Below, in pieces: positions 29,591-37,987 of a DNA stretch of 64,000 nucleotides. The notes under the pieces are model-generated. The model saw only the letters and a list, made by a program, of their open reading frames with translations. It had not been told where the DNA came from and searched no databases. How positions within the stretch are numbered: the first letter of the stretch is position 1; each line of letters starts with the position of its first letter. Source of the stretch: a virus; the IMG/VR virus record IMGVR_UViG_3300030419_002087, positions 1 through 64,000 of that record. One strand, given 5' to 3'. The position numbers were made by a program, and so were the translations under genes.

Positions 29591-30309
29591 TGATCGAACA
29601 GAGAGTTTTAATAACTGGACATAAGGGCTTTATAGGTCGGCATGTATATGCCGACTTTAAAGACTCTCATGGTGACGCCAATGTTATGGGTATTGATTTA
29701 CCTGATAACATTGGCGATTTTACTATGGGTAATTATGATCTTGTTATACATTTGGCAGCCTTTGCCGATATTAGAGAGAGTTTAGATAACCCAAGAAAAT
29801 ACTACGAAAATAATGTACTTAAGGCCAAACCATTATTTGACTGGTGTGCTAAGACTGATACAAGATTGGTATATGCCTCATCTAGTGCAGTTTTATGTAA
29901 GTATTGGGAGAATCCGTATGCTATGAGCAAGTGGATTAATGAACAAATGGCTCCGCCTAATAGTGTAGGATTAAGGCTAACTACGGTTTATAGTGAAATG
30001 AATAGTCGCCCAGATATGTTATACCGTAGACTAGAGAATAAGACAGCCACATATCTAACAAATCATAAAAGAGACTGGATACATGTAGAGGATGTATGTA
30101 GAGCAATACGTTATCTTGCTGATAGTAATATAAGGGGGCCTATATCGGTTGGCACAGGCGAAAGTGTCAAGGTAATAGATTTAGCGCATAAGATGGGTAT
30201 GGGACACTTGCCGCTGAAGGAACATACGCCTGGCGAGGCACAAGACAATAAGGCAGATATATCATTGTTACTCACAACTGGCTGGTATCCTACTCATTCA
30301 GTATTATGA
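29590..30309 (+). CDS. NAD-dependent nucleotide-sugar epimerase/dehydratase (extended SDR)
   Basis: ITGHKGFIG, IHLAA, YASSS, YAMSK (YxxxK), RDWIHVEDV. Confidence 0.88.
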   Translation: MIEQRVLITGHKGFIGRHVYADFKDSHGDANVMGIDLPDNIGDFTMGNYDLVIHLAAFADIRESLDNPRKYYENNVLKAKPLFDWCAKTDTRLVYASSSAVLCKYWENPYAMSKWINEQMAPPNSVGLRLTTVYSEMNSRPDMLYRRLENKTATYLTNHKRDWIHVEDVCRAIRYLADSNIRGPISVGTGESVKVIDLAHKMGMGHLPLKEHTPGEAQDNKADISLLLTTGWYPTHSVL

Positions 30310-30683
30310 CAATACTTAAAGAAGGCACTTATGTTATTGGTGATCCTAAGTACTTGTTAAGGGAAGGCGTGGAACCAGATTTGGCCTTAAAGGTTGAAAA
30401 TGGACGTTACTTAGATCAATATAAGAGCTCTTATGTTATAGAGAGTGGAATAATGGCCATTGCAAGTAAGAAAATAGTAAAACATCCGCACTTGTTTACT
30501 AATGTGATTAGTCTTAATAGTGGATGTTGCAATAAGGGAGTACAGGGCGATAATTGGGTATTAGGATGGACTAGACAGTTCACAGTCTTGGTATCGTATA
30601 AAGATTTTGAAGTTAGCCAAGATAACATAATAGAGATCGGGCCACTCAGGATCAAGGCCAGAGAAAATAGTGTCACAAGGTAG
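30306..30683 (+). CDS. Hypothetical protein
   Basis: G.YVIGDP.Y motif; ATGA-coupled. Confidence 0.55.
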   Translation: MTILKEGTYVIGDPKYLLREGVEPDLALKVENGRYLDQYKSSYVIESGIMAIASKKIVKHPHLFTNVISLNSGCCNKGVQGDNWVLGWTRQFTVLVSYKDFEVSQDNIIEIGPLRIKARENSVTR

Positions 30684-30712
30684 GATGATTTTTACCTGAG
30701 AGACCCTATAAT
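30657..30712 (+). promoter_or_regulatory. Early promoter with palindromic motif
   Basis: GCCAGA-N6-AGTGTCAC...TATAAT, followed by GGAG RBS. Confidence 0.5.
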
Positions 30713-30742
30713 GGCTATGTAAACACCAAAGGAGTTTATTCC

Positions 30743-31003
30743 ATGCAACTTAAATCAGGTGGGAAGGGCTCCATGAAAATCGATTTCTATCCAACAAAGT
30801 ATTGGAGTGGAGAGCCTTCTGATAAATTCCTTAAGGTTTTGACCTTAGAGGGATTTGGAACACAATCCAAGCGGGTTGTGGATATTGTTGAAATGAATCA
30901 GATTGTCAAAGACCGTCTTGATTTTGGTTATGAGGTTACAGGCTTCAATACCAGTCCTCAATTCATACAAAGAAACCGTATGACTAAGGAGGGCTACAAA
31001 TAA
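30743..31003 (+). CDS. Hypothetical early protein
   Basis: ORF with AGGAG RBS after the promoter. Confidence 0.6.
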   Translation: MQLKSGGKGSMKIDFYPTKYWSGEPSDKFLKVLTLEGFGTQSKRVVDIVEMNQIVKDRLDFGYEVTGFNTSPQFIQRNRMTKEGYK

Positions 31004-31215
31004 TGGCATTACAAGAAATCACATTCACAGCCCGTATAATGGTTGATGAAAATGATGGCATAAATGGTGAACATTTATGTGAAGAAATTCAGGCCTATTT
31101 GAATAGTGCTTATCACTATAATGAGCCTGATGGAGTTGAAAGAGCAGAAGTTACTGGATGGAATATATGTAATCCTTTTAAATTTAATTCATTTATCTCT
31201 AGTTTACTCTACTAA
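31003..31215 (+). CDS. Hypothetical protein
   Basis: TAATG-coupled. Confidence 0.5.
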   Translation: MALQEITFTARIMVDENDGINGEHLCEEIQAYLNSAYHYNEPDGVERAEVTGWNICNPFKFNSFISSLLY

Positions 31216-31532
31216 TGTCAAAACTCAATCCAGCTCAATTTGATTCTATTGCCGAACAATTCACAGAAATGATTGTTGACGGTATGGACTATAAAACAAT
31301 GGAAAGATATGTTTATGATAATTTGATCGATTATTATTATAATCTATCTGAACCAGAACTTAAAGAAATGGTTGATAACCATGATGAGGAATTATGGGAA
31401 GAGTTAGTTGATAATGTAAAGGATGTAAAAACACATAATGTTGCTGATGATGTAGCCAAGTGTATTGTTGACACTAATGGTGCTTATGCTGAATGTATCG
31501 ATCAACTTGTTAATTCAATGGAGGAGGGCTAA
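31215..31532 (+). CDS. Acidic hypothetical protein
   Basis: IVDGMDYKTME.YVYD motif; TAATG-coupled. Confidence 0.6.
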   Translation: MSKLNPAQFDSIAEQFTEMIVDGMDYKTMERYVYDNLIDYYYNLSEPELKEMVDNHDEELWEELVDNVKDVKTHNVADDVAKCIVDTNGAYAECIDQLVNSMEEG

Positions 31533-31720
31533 TGAACAATCAGTTACAACAAAGAAGAGATCTATGTTCTGATCTCATGTATGCTATTAAACAAGAAGAT
31601 GATAAGTTTTTGGAATCAATTATAGATGACTTTGTTTATCATTTAAGTGATAAAGAAGTAGCTGAATATGAGGTATTAGTTGGTACTGTATTTGGCGAGG
31701 TTGATCCCTATGAAAGTTAA
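31532..31720 (+). CDS. Hypothetical protein
   Basis: GGAGG RBS; TAATG-coupled. Confidence 0.55.
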   Translation: MNNQLQQRRDLCSDLMYAIKQEDDKFLESIIDDFVYHLSDKEVAEYEVLVGTVFGEVDPYES

Positions 31721-31862
31721 ACTGATATTAACACTTCTCATTGCCTGGCTTACATTTTTAGTATATAATGCAACTAAAGTCGGCAATAAAGCAATCGAAC
31801 TTAAACAAGATCGATATGCTGAATTATGTAAAATTGACCCATCCATTTGCTCTAACAACTAA
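31710..31862 (+). CDS. Small membrane protein
   Basis: MKVKLILTLLIAWLTFLVY... TM, ending LCKIDPSIC. Confidence 0.5.
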   Translation: MKVKLILTLLIAWLTFLVYNATKVGNKAIELKQDRYAELCKIDPSICSNN

Positions 31863-32038
31863 TGCACGATTCTACTCTTGATCTATTCTGTAATCACGAA
31901 CAAAGTGAGCCTAATGTTGATCCTTATACAAAGGCACAAATTGATGCTGCAATCGAAAAATTTTGGTTAGAATGTGAAACCGAGGCCGCTGAATTAGAAA
32001 TAACAGTTGATTATTATGTTTCGGAGTTTATGATATGA
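31862..32038 (+). CDS. Small acidic protein (58 aa, not in track)
   Basis: MHDSTLDLF...CETEAAELEITVDYYVSEFMI*, a cyanophage family. Confidence 0.55.
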   Translation: MHDSTLDLFCNHEQSEPNVDPYTKAQIDAAIEKFWLECETEAAELEITVDYYVSEFMI

Positions 32039-32087
32039 TGACTACATACAACAGCTCACATTATCAAGAAATTGTGGAGTATTTTAA

Positions 32088-32276
32088 ATGGCATCAGAAA
32101 CACTCATACGGCTCAGATCAGCACTTGATAGAATCATCGAAGTTGAGGAACTCGTCTTTGAAAATAGACAACAATCAATGCTTCATAGACACTTAAGCCA
32201 TATAAAAACTGAATTACGCCGACAAATAAGAATAGAATCTGAGGAGGATTTAGCACCATTGCTTGATGCTTTATGA
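32088..32276 (+). CDS. Hypothetical protein
   Basis: 62-aa helical ORF with GGAG RBS. Confidence 0.55.
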   Translation: MASETLIRLRSALDRIIEVEELVFENRQQSMLHRHLSHIKTELRRQIRIESEEDLAPLLDAL

Positions 32277-32530
32277 AGGCCAAAGATTTTAAACAAGGCC
32301 TAATCATCAGTTATAAGAGTGATATTGATGTATGGGAAGGTTATGTTAATTTTATTAGTAAAGACTACATAACCGTTTGTTTACATGAATGGGAAACTCC
32401 TCACACATTACACGGCTATTCACAATGTAACTTGTTAGTCTATCCTGATTATTATCAACATTGCAGTTCAAATGAAGCATACCACAATAGGACTATTTCC
32501 ACAGCCATTAACAAAGATCGAATTGAATAA
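32273..32530 (+). CDS. Hypothetical protein
   Basis: EG.V.FI...YIT.C pattern; ATGA-coupled. Confidence 0.5.
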   Translation: MKAKDFKQGLIISYKSDIDVWEGYVNFISKDYITVCLHEWETPHTLHGYSQCNLLVYPDYYQHCSSNEAYHNRTISTAINKDRIE

Positions 32531-33125
32531 AGATCTTTGTACTTTGGCTGCGGAGATATTTGATAAGAAGATAAGGGAAGAAGTAGAAGCATTAAAGGAT
32601 GATCGTTATCATGGTGAACAATTAAAACATTTTCACAATCACGAAAATGTATTTGATTTATATTCAGAATTACAGCCACTCCATGACAGTTTATTGGAGA
32701 TGGCTGATTTTGTTTATTGTGATGTAATGAACCATGAATATGGTATGCGATTCACTCAAGCTTGGTATAATGAATGTCAAGTAGGAGGATGGCAGAAAGC
32801 TCATTCACATTGTAATTGCACATTATCAGGAACGTTATATTTGAGAACTGATGAAAATAGTATTCTTGATTTCTTTAATGCTGGTAATACAAATGAAAAT
32901 AGTCCAGCCATATTAGATGAACCAAGTAAGAAGAATAACAAGTTTGGATATATGTTCCATGCAAATAGTGTTACAGCTCCAGTAAATACAGGAGATGTTT
33001 TATTTTGGCCGTCACATATTAATCATGGTTATCCTGATAATAAAACACCAAATCGATTATCGTTAAGTTTTAATTTAATGCCGATAGCTTTAAATTCATT
33101 ATATGGGAACATAGGAGTACAATGA
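32472..33125 (+). CDS. 2OG-Fe(II) oxygenase (TIGR02466-like)
   Basis: LFP.P, AWYN...GGWQKAHSH.NC.LSG..Y, GDVLFWPSHINHG, RLSLSFN. Confidence 0.85.
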   Translation: MKHTTIGLFPQPLTKIELNKDLCTLAAEIFDKKIREEVEALKDDRYHGEQLKHFHNHENVFDLYSELQPLHDSLLEMADFVYCDVMNHEYGMRFTQAWYNECQVGGWQKAHSHCNCTLSGTLYLRTDENSILDFFNAGNTNENSPAILDEPSKKNNKFGYMFHANSVTAPVNTGDVLFWPSHINHGYPDNKTPNRLSLSFNLMPIALNSLYGNIGVQ

Positions 33126-33694
33126 GCAACATACCTACATTTATTGGTCAATATGATGATGTATTATCACAAGAAGATTGTGATATATTAATTGATGAAT
33201 TTGAAAAACATCCTAATAAGATAGAAGGATATGTATGGACTGAAGAAGGCACAAGTTATCATCCTGAGAGAAAGAAAGCCAAAGAATTACATCGTCAATC
33301 ATTAACGGATGATAATACCATTAATAAGATTGTATTAAAAGGATTAAATCCATGTATGAAATTATATGATGAAGAATTTGAACAATTACAATACAATGGT
33401 AATTGGGGAATAGATCGATGGTTTAATTTTCAAAAGTATGAGGATGAAACTGATGGATTTAAAATATGGCATTGTGAACATGGTCTAGGCAATTCCTCAT
33501 ATAGAATACTTGCATGGATGATTTATTTGAATGATGCAATATCAGGAACAGAATTTAAGATGTATCCAACAGTAGAAGCCAAACGAGGAAGATGTTTAAT
33601 ATGGCCAGCACAATTCACTCATACTCATCGATCAGAAATACCTAATCAAGGAATAAAGTATCTTGTAACAGGCTGGGTAAGTTTAATGCCCTAG
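33122..33694 (+). CDS. 2OG-Fe(II) oxygenase
   Basis: FQKY, WHCE, RILAWMIYLND, GTEF, WPAQFTHTHR, KYLVTGW. Confidence 0.85.
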   Translation: MSNIPTFIGQYDDVLSQEDCDILIDEFEKHPNKIEGYVWTEEGTSYHPERKKAKELHRQSLTDDNTINKIVLKGLNPCMKLYDEEFEQLQYNGNWGIDRWFNFQKYEDETDGFKIWHCEHGLGNSSYRILAWMIYLNDAISGTEFKMYPTVEAKRGRCLIWPAQFTHTHRSEIPNQGIKYLVTGWVSLMP

Positions 33695-34437
33695 ATTTGC
33701 CGACTAAATCTTTGATTATCATCATCTACAACAGTCTCCATAAACTGAACATTACCAGAAATAGAAATACGAGGTTTATCAGATGTATAGAATGGATAAA
33801 CCTGATGACTTAATTCACTAGGAAAGAAACATCCCCAACCATTCATATTAGGCGTCATAGGTATAACTTCATTACTAATACCTCTACCATCAGCATAAGT
33901 AAAAACAAAATTGCCGATATAATCATTAATACTGCCACGTGCTATATCTAACTTACGCTCATCATAATGTGAATAAGGTATATCAATCCATATAACAAAA
34001 GAATAAATTCCATGATGATTATGTAATGGATTAAATTCATGTTTATATTGCCAATTAACCCATAATGCAGAAAGATAAGGTTCTAAGTTATGACCAGTAT
34101 CTACATGGCCAGGAAATATCTTTTTATATGCCTCAGTAATCTCCTTATCCATTAACTCTACAGTAAAAGGATCATTCTCAGGTGAATGTAATAAATCAAT
34201 GAACATGCCATGTATAAGCATATTCTCAGGATCTTCTAATTTAAGTGAACGTGATATATTACCAGCAAGGTTATCTTTCCAATCAATATCATTATCTTCT
34301 GCTATCTTTATTCTATTAAGTAAGTAAGTATAGATGTTATCAGGTAGTTTAAACAGATGAGCTACAGTTTGTTTAGTTAATAGAATAGGTTTAATTTCAG
34401 GCCTTTTATATGTTGAATAAGGGGTGGGATTAGACAT
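33691..34437 (-). CDS. 2OG-Fe(II) oxygenase
   Basis: LAGNI, WVNWQYKHEFNPLHNH, SFVIW, FPSELSHQVYPF, RISISGN. This is the only convincing minus-strand gene. Confidence 0.85.
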   Translation of the reverse strand: MSNPTPYSTYKRPEIKPILLTKQTVAHLFKLPDNIYTYLLNRIKIAEDNDIDWKDNLAGNISRSLKLEDPENMLIHGMFIDLLHSPENDPFTVELMDKEITEAYKKIFPGHVDTGHNLEPYLSALWVNWQYKHEFNPLHNHHGIYSFVIWIDIPYSHYDERKLDIARGSINDYIGNFVFTYADGRGISNEVIPMTPNMNGWGCFFPSELSHQVYPFYTSDKPRISISGNVQFMETVVDDDNQRFSRQI

Positions 34438-34439
34438 AA

Positions 34440-35280
34440 TAAATAATTGGTTTTAAAATAAAAGCCTTTTTTTAATTAAGCTGTGTTTTTTATGTAGTTT
34501 ATAATCTGTACGGAATATGTGTAGATTGAGTATAGATTATGCTTGGTAATTTATGTTAGAAACTTATGGCCTTATTGTCATCTTGGCGCTCAGCTTATCA
34601 TAAAATCTCTAAGAAGTCAACATAAAACTCTGAAATTCTCACAAAACTTTATGGGAGGGGTCTTATGTTGCGAAGTATTGCGATGTTTATGACAGCTCTC
34701 AAAGTGTCACACAGCATATTGACTTCGCAGGGGCCTGCGTGGTAGCCTGAAGGGGTGCAGGGGAGGGCGCAGTAGATATACTTCGCACGAAGCATAAGGC
34801 CTGCGGGCGCAGCATAAGGCCTGCGTCCATCCGCAGCACATATAATGCGTAACGCAGGCAATATACTGCACGGGCCCACCAACCCGCCTGCCCACGTAAC
34901 GCAGGGGCCAGCCTAACATGTGTCTGCGCCTTATGTCAAGCGCTTGCCTTTTGGGCGCGGAGGCCTTATAATAGGTACAACTGGGAGCCCGAGAGCAGAC
35001 GCGGCCCCAGCCAACCACTGTGACACCTCGCCGACTGGGCTGGGGCTTGTGACAGTCAGGGAACTGGCCTCTCTTTTGGTGTGGGGCGGGCCGGTTCCAG
35101 AAGTGGCACAGTGGTTCGTGTTGGGGTCATATCGGACGTTGATAGACCAGTTATATAATTGTCACAAGGGCCTTCGCAGTTCGGCCGAAGTCCAGTTGCG
35201 AAACTGTCCTTTTATGTTAAGTTTTTGTTGTAAATATTCCTATAGGGTCGGGTGAGATTTTATAATGAGGGAGTACCAAA
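34440..35280. other. Non-coding control region: AT-rich tract followed by a GC-rich island with multiple promoters and repeats (origin candidate)
   Basis: No credible ORF; promoter-like elements at 34592-34620(-), 34719-34748(+), 34910-34939(-), 34944-34972(+); CGCAG/CTGCG repeats; five palindromic motifs. Confidence 0.55.
34944..34972 (+). promoter_or_regulatory. sigma70-like promoter
   Basis: TTGCCT-17nt-TATAAT. Confidence 0.6.
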
Positions 35281-35290
35281 CGAATTCGTG

Positions 35291-35458
35291 ATGAATCAAC
35301 TTGAAACTGTGCGTTCATTTTTCACGGACACACAATGGGATTTGATCGACTCCGCACTATCGGAATATCAAGACCACGATGCGGAGTATCTCAAAGAAGT
35401 TTTTGACGATGAGGAGATCGTATGGTCAACTCAAAAACGTCTTAACGAACTTTTCTAA
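35291..35458 (+). CDS. Early micro-protein (paralog of 35736-35903)
   Basis: VRSFFTDTQWDLIDSALSEYQD; TATAAT upstream. Confidence 0.6.
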   Translation: MNQLETVRSFFTDTQWDLIDSALSEYQDHDAEYLKEVFDDEEIVWSTQKRLNELF

Positions 35459-35607
35459 TGAATGAAATTTCAATTCCTATGGATAACGACCAATGGAGGA
35501 CTGTCCTTGATGCACTTCTTGACAAGTACCCCGATTGTGACGTTGTAGACCTAATCATTGAAACTATTCCAGATTGCAAGGATTATTATTATAAGAGAGG
35601 GTTTTAA
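35458..35607 (+). CDS. Early micro-protein (49 aa, not in track)
   Basis: TAATG-coupled; MNEISIPMDNDQWRTVLDALL... Confidence 0.5.
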   Translation: MNEISIPMDNDQWRTVLDALLDKYPDCDVVDLIIETIPDCKDYYYKRGF

Positions 35608-35618
35608 CCCTCTTTTTT
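35596..35618 (+). terminator. Intrinsic terminator
   Basis: AGAGGGTT/AACCCTCT stem plus T-run. Confidence 0.7.
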
Positions 35619-35735
35619 CTTGACAGGTCGGCCGAAGCCGGTTTTGAAATTGTCACAAGGAGATTTAATATTCTTTTAACAAGTTTTGTATCAAGGTGTA
35701 CTACGTGTTCCCTGAGATTCCTATACAATAAAAAT

Positions 35736-35903
35736 ATGAATAACACACCTTCAAAAATCGTGCGTGACTTCTTTACTTCTGAAGAGTGGGACGCAATCGA
35801 TTCCGCATTATGCGATTTCCAAGACTACGGTGAAAAGGAATCAGACCTTGCGAATTCCGTAGGTAACAAAATTTACAATCTTTTTAAGGAGGATCTAAAA
35901 TGA
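35736..35903 (+). CDS. Early micro-protein (55 aa, not in track)
   Basis: VRDFFTSEEWDAIDSALCDFQD; ATGA-coupled to the next ORF. Confidence 0.6.
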   Translation: MNNTPSKIVRDFFTSEEWDAIDSALCDFQDYGEKESDLANSVGNKIYNLFKEDLK

Positions 35904-36082
35904 GTTTAATCAAAGAATTTTATTCTGGACTCCTTGACAAGGGATACACTGAACGGGAAATTCGGGAATCATGTAAAAAACACCAGACCCGAACCGCACC
36001 CGATTGGTGGGTTGGTAAGAATCCAAACGGAACTTACGAAGACTACCTTGAAGATCTAGGAGATTTTCTCAACGGACTCTAA
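35900..36082 (+). CDS. Early micro-protein
   Basis: AAGGAGG RBS; followed by a terminator. Confidence 0.65.
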   Translation: MSLIKEFYSGLLDKGYTEREIRESCKKHQTRTAPDWWVGKNPNGTYEDYLEDLGDFLNGL

Positions 36083-36097
36083 GGAGTCCGTTTTTTT
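36071..36097 (+). terminator. Intrinsic terminator
   Basis: AACGGACTC-TAAG-GAGTCCGTT plus T-run. Confidence 0.8.
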
Positions 36098-36235
36098 ATG
36101 TGACGGTGAGCGAAGCGGCCTTGGCCGCTAGCCGGTTGGGAAACTGGACTTTTTTACAACAAACCCGTTACAATCGATTTACGAGGCAACCCCTTACCGT
36201 TTATAATTTGGGAGTAAACAACGCACCACGTTTTT

Positions 36236-36607
36236 ATGCCACGTAAATCAACCGCATCCAAGTCAACCGCAACTGCTCCAAGAGCACCACGTAAGACAAG
36301 GACACGGAAGGTTACACCCGCTCCAGTTAAGACCGTAACAAGTCCAACACCTGAAGCGAAACCAGTTGAAATGCCCAAGGCAACAACTGTTACCACTTTC
36401 CAAGGCGGTAAGGTGATTGCAAAAGAGTTGATGCGTCCAACAGCACCATTAATCCAATTCAAGGATTATCGCCGTGACGCAATCAACCGCTGGAACATTC
36501 ATCGTTATGAGATCCAGCAACTAGGTAAAGACTTTCAAAAGTTCTTTAACTTCGTTCAACCCTTACACTCTGAGATGGTCAACCGTATTAAAACAGTTGA
36601 ACTCTAA
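36236..36607 (+). CDS. Early protein with basic, disordered N-terminal tail
   Basis: MPRKSTASKSTATAPRAPRKTRTRK..., C-terminal DY..D...RW.IH.YE; has its own promoter and terminator. Confidence 0.7.
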   Translation: MPRKSTASKSTATAPRAPRKTRTRKVTPAPVKTVTSPTPEAKPVEMPKATTVTTFQGGKVIAKELMRPTAPLIQFKDYRRDAINRWNIHRYEIQQLGKDFQKFFNFVQPLHSEMVNRIKTVEL

Positions 36608-36614
36608 ACCCCAT

Positions 36615-36643
36615 CACCCCGCCGCAAGGTGGGGTGTTTTTTT
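36615..36643 (+). terminator. Intrinsic terminator
   Basis: CACCCCGCC-GCAA-GGTGGGGTG plus T7. Confidence 0.85.
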
Positions 36644-36850
36644 ATGCTCAGTTGAGAAGGCCAGCTGGCCAGTCAAAAAACTGTCACAAGACCCCGTTTA
36701 CAGATTCCAAAAAATCGACTATACTTACTAATGTAAGGGACATGAGAGACACGGACATGGGATTCGTTTCTAGACCGTTTCCAGACATGTATACCCTCTG
36801 AACTCTGGAGTTCCTTACAACCAAAATTTCACACCAAAGGAGTTTTAAAA

Positions 36851-36979
36851 ATGTCAGTTCTACATCATGCGGAGATTCAAGAAACCTTATTAGATGAGGT
36901 TTGCGAAGAATTCCCAAATATGTCCTACGACACCCAAATCGAAATCGCAATGCAAAGATTTGAGGATTTATGTCAGTAA
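36851..36979 (+). CDS. Early micro-protein (42 aa, not in track)
   Basis: AAGGAG RBS; MSVLHHAEIQETLLDEV...AMQRFEDLCQ*. Confidence 0.6.
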   Translation: MSVLHHAEIQETLLDEVCEEFPNMSYDTQIEIAMQRFEDLCQ

Positions 36980-37158
36980 TGAGTTTTTTCAACCACGTTC
37001 AACTTCATAAGTACGACCTGACAAACGCAGGTATCGACCAAGCATGCTACGATGAATTGGTCGCCTCTGGAAACAATTCTACAGAGGATCAACTTTGGAT
37101 TCTTGCTGCTGACATGCGTGAGAGATTCAAAGACTATATGCGACCCTTATTCGCATAG
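36979..37158 (+). CDS. Early micro-protein
   Basis: TAATG-coupled; ends ERFKDYMRPLFA. Confidence 0.6.
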   Translation: MSFFNHVQLHKYDLTNAGIDQACYDELVASGNNSTEDQLWILAADMRERFKDYMRPLFA

Positions 37159-37173
37159 GTAACGAATTATTAC

Positions 37174-37200
37174 AGAACCCTTAACAAGGGTTCTTTTTTT
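37174..37200 (+). terminator. Intrinsic terminator
   Basis: AGAACCCTT-AAC-AAGGGTTCT plus T-run. Confidence 0.75.
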
Positions 37201-37258
37201 GATATTATTAAGGAGTGGGAGAGAAACCCACCAATTCACACCCCGATTTTTTTCCAAC

Positions 37259-37600
37259 ATGCGTAAAATTGAAAAACAAATGAACTTCGCAATTTCCAAC
37301 AAAGGTGATTGGTCTAAGGACAATACCAGAGTTGAATTCAACGATTCTACAAACTGTTCAGACGTTTTTCTACATGGTCACAACATCGCAACTTTTGACC
37401 ACGGAACACAGTCTGTAAGATTGAGTTCATGCGGATGGGAAACCGTCACAACCAAATCAAGATTAAATGCAATCTTGGATGAGGTCGCAACAGGTGCAGG
37501 GATTTTCCAAAAACAGTTTGAGTGGTTTTTGAATTCTGGAGGTCGTACAGTTGATTTCTTTGACGGGATGATCTTAACTGATTCAGGTGAGGTCATCTGA
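37259..37600 (+). CDS. Conserved phage early protein
   Basis: MRKIEKQMNFAI...W..DNT.V...VFLHGHNIA...GW.T.TTKSRLNA..FQKQFEWF family; start reassigned to 37259. Confidence 0.75.
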   Translation: MRKIEKQMNFAISNKGDWSKDNTRVEFNDSTNCSDVFLHGHNIATFDHGTQSVRLSSCGWETVTTKSRLNAILDEVATGAGIFQKQFEWFLNSGGRTVDFFDGMILTDSGEVI

Positions 37601-37602
37601 AA

Positions 37603-37749
37603 ATGTACGAAGGAATCACACCTTGGCAAATACCCGTCTATTCTGACGGGTATCGCCCCGCCGACGATGACGAATTAATGAACGTTTTTTATGACGACAT
37701 TAAGGAGGACATCGACCCCGAAACCCAAAAACTTTTAAACAACTTTTAA
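37603..37749 (+). CDS. Acidic micro-protein (48 aa, not in track)
   Basis: GAGG RBS; ...DDIKEDIDPETQKLLNNF*. Confidence 0.45.
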   Translation: MYEGITPWQIPVYSDGYRPADDDELMNVFYDDIKEDIDPETQKLLNNF

Positions 37750-37899
37750 ATGCCTTCATTTGCTAACACCACGATCCGCTACTGGATGCCCCACGATCAA
37801 AAATGCCGCTACATCTCATTTTCAACTTATCGCAAGGCATTGGAAATGCAAAAATGGTATAGCGAGATCGCCGGGTTTAAAACAGAAATCGTCGTATGA
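37750..37899 (+). CDS. Micro-protein (49 aa, not in track)
   Basis: MPSFANTTIRYW...SFSTYRKALEMQKWY...; followed by a terminator. Confidence 0.55.
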   Translation: MPSFANTTIRYWMPHDQKCRYISFSTYRKALEMQKWYSEIAGFKTEIVV

Positions 37900-37904
37900 C
37901 ACTC

Positions 37905-37935
37905 AAGGAACCGGCCAGCAGTCGGTTCCTTTTTT
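37905..37935 (+). terminator. Intrinsic terminator
   Basis: AAGGAACCGGC/GTCGGTTCCTT stem plus T-run. Confidence 0.75.
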
Positions 37936-37987
37936 CTTGCCATCGCCTATAATGACTATAGGACACACACCCCGCTTCGTCTTCATT

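Noticed and set aside
34790-35210. Possible CRISPR or mini-array
   Set aside because: The repeats are short, degenerate and irregularly spaced, there is no identical repeat-spacer series, and no cas genes are present.
34649-35255. Track ORFs 34649-34882(-), 34707-35018(-) and 34920-35255(+)
   Set aside because: They arise from stop-codon scarcity in the GC island, with atypical composition, no RBS and overlap with promoter motifs.
37760-37987. N-terminal extension of track ORF 37760-38233
   Set aside because: It spans another ORF, a terminator and a -10 box; ATG 37988 is the plausible start.
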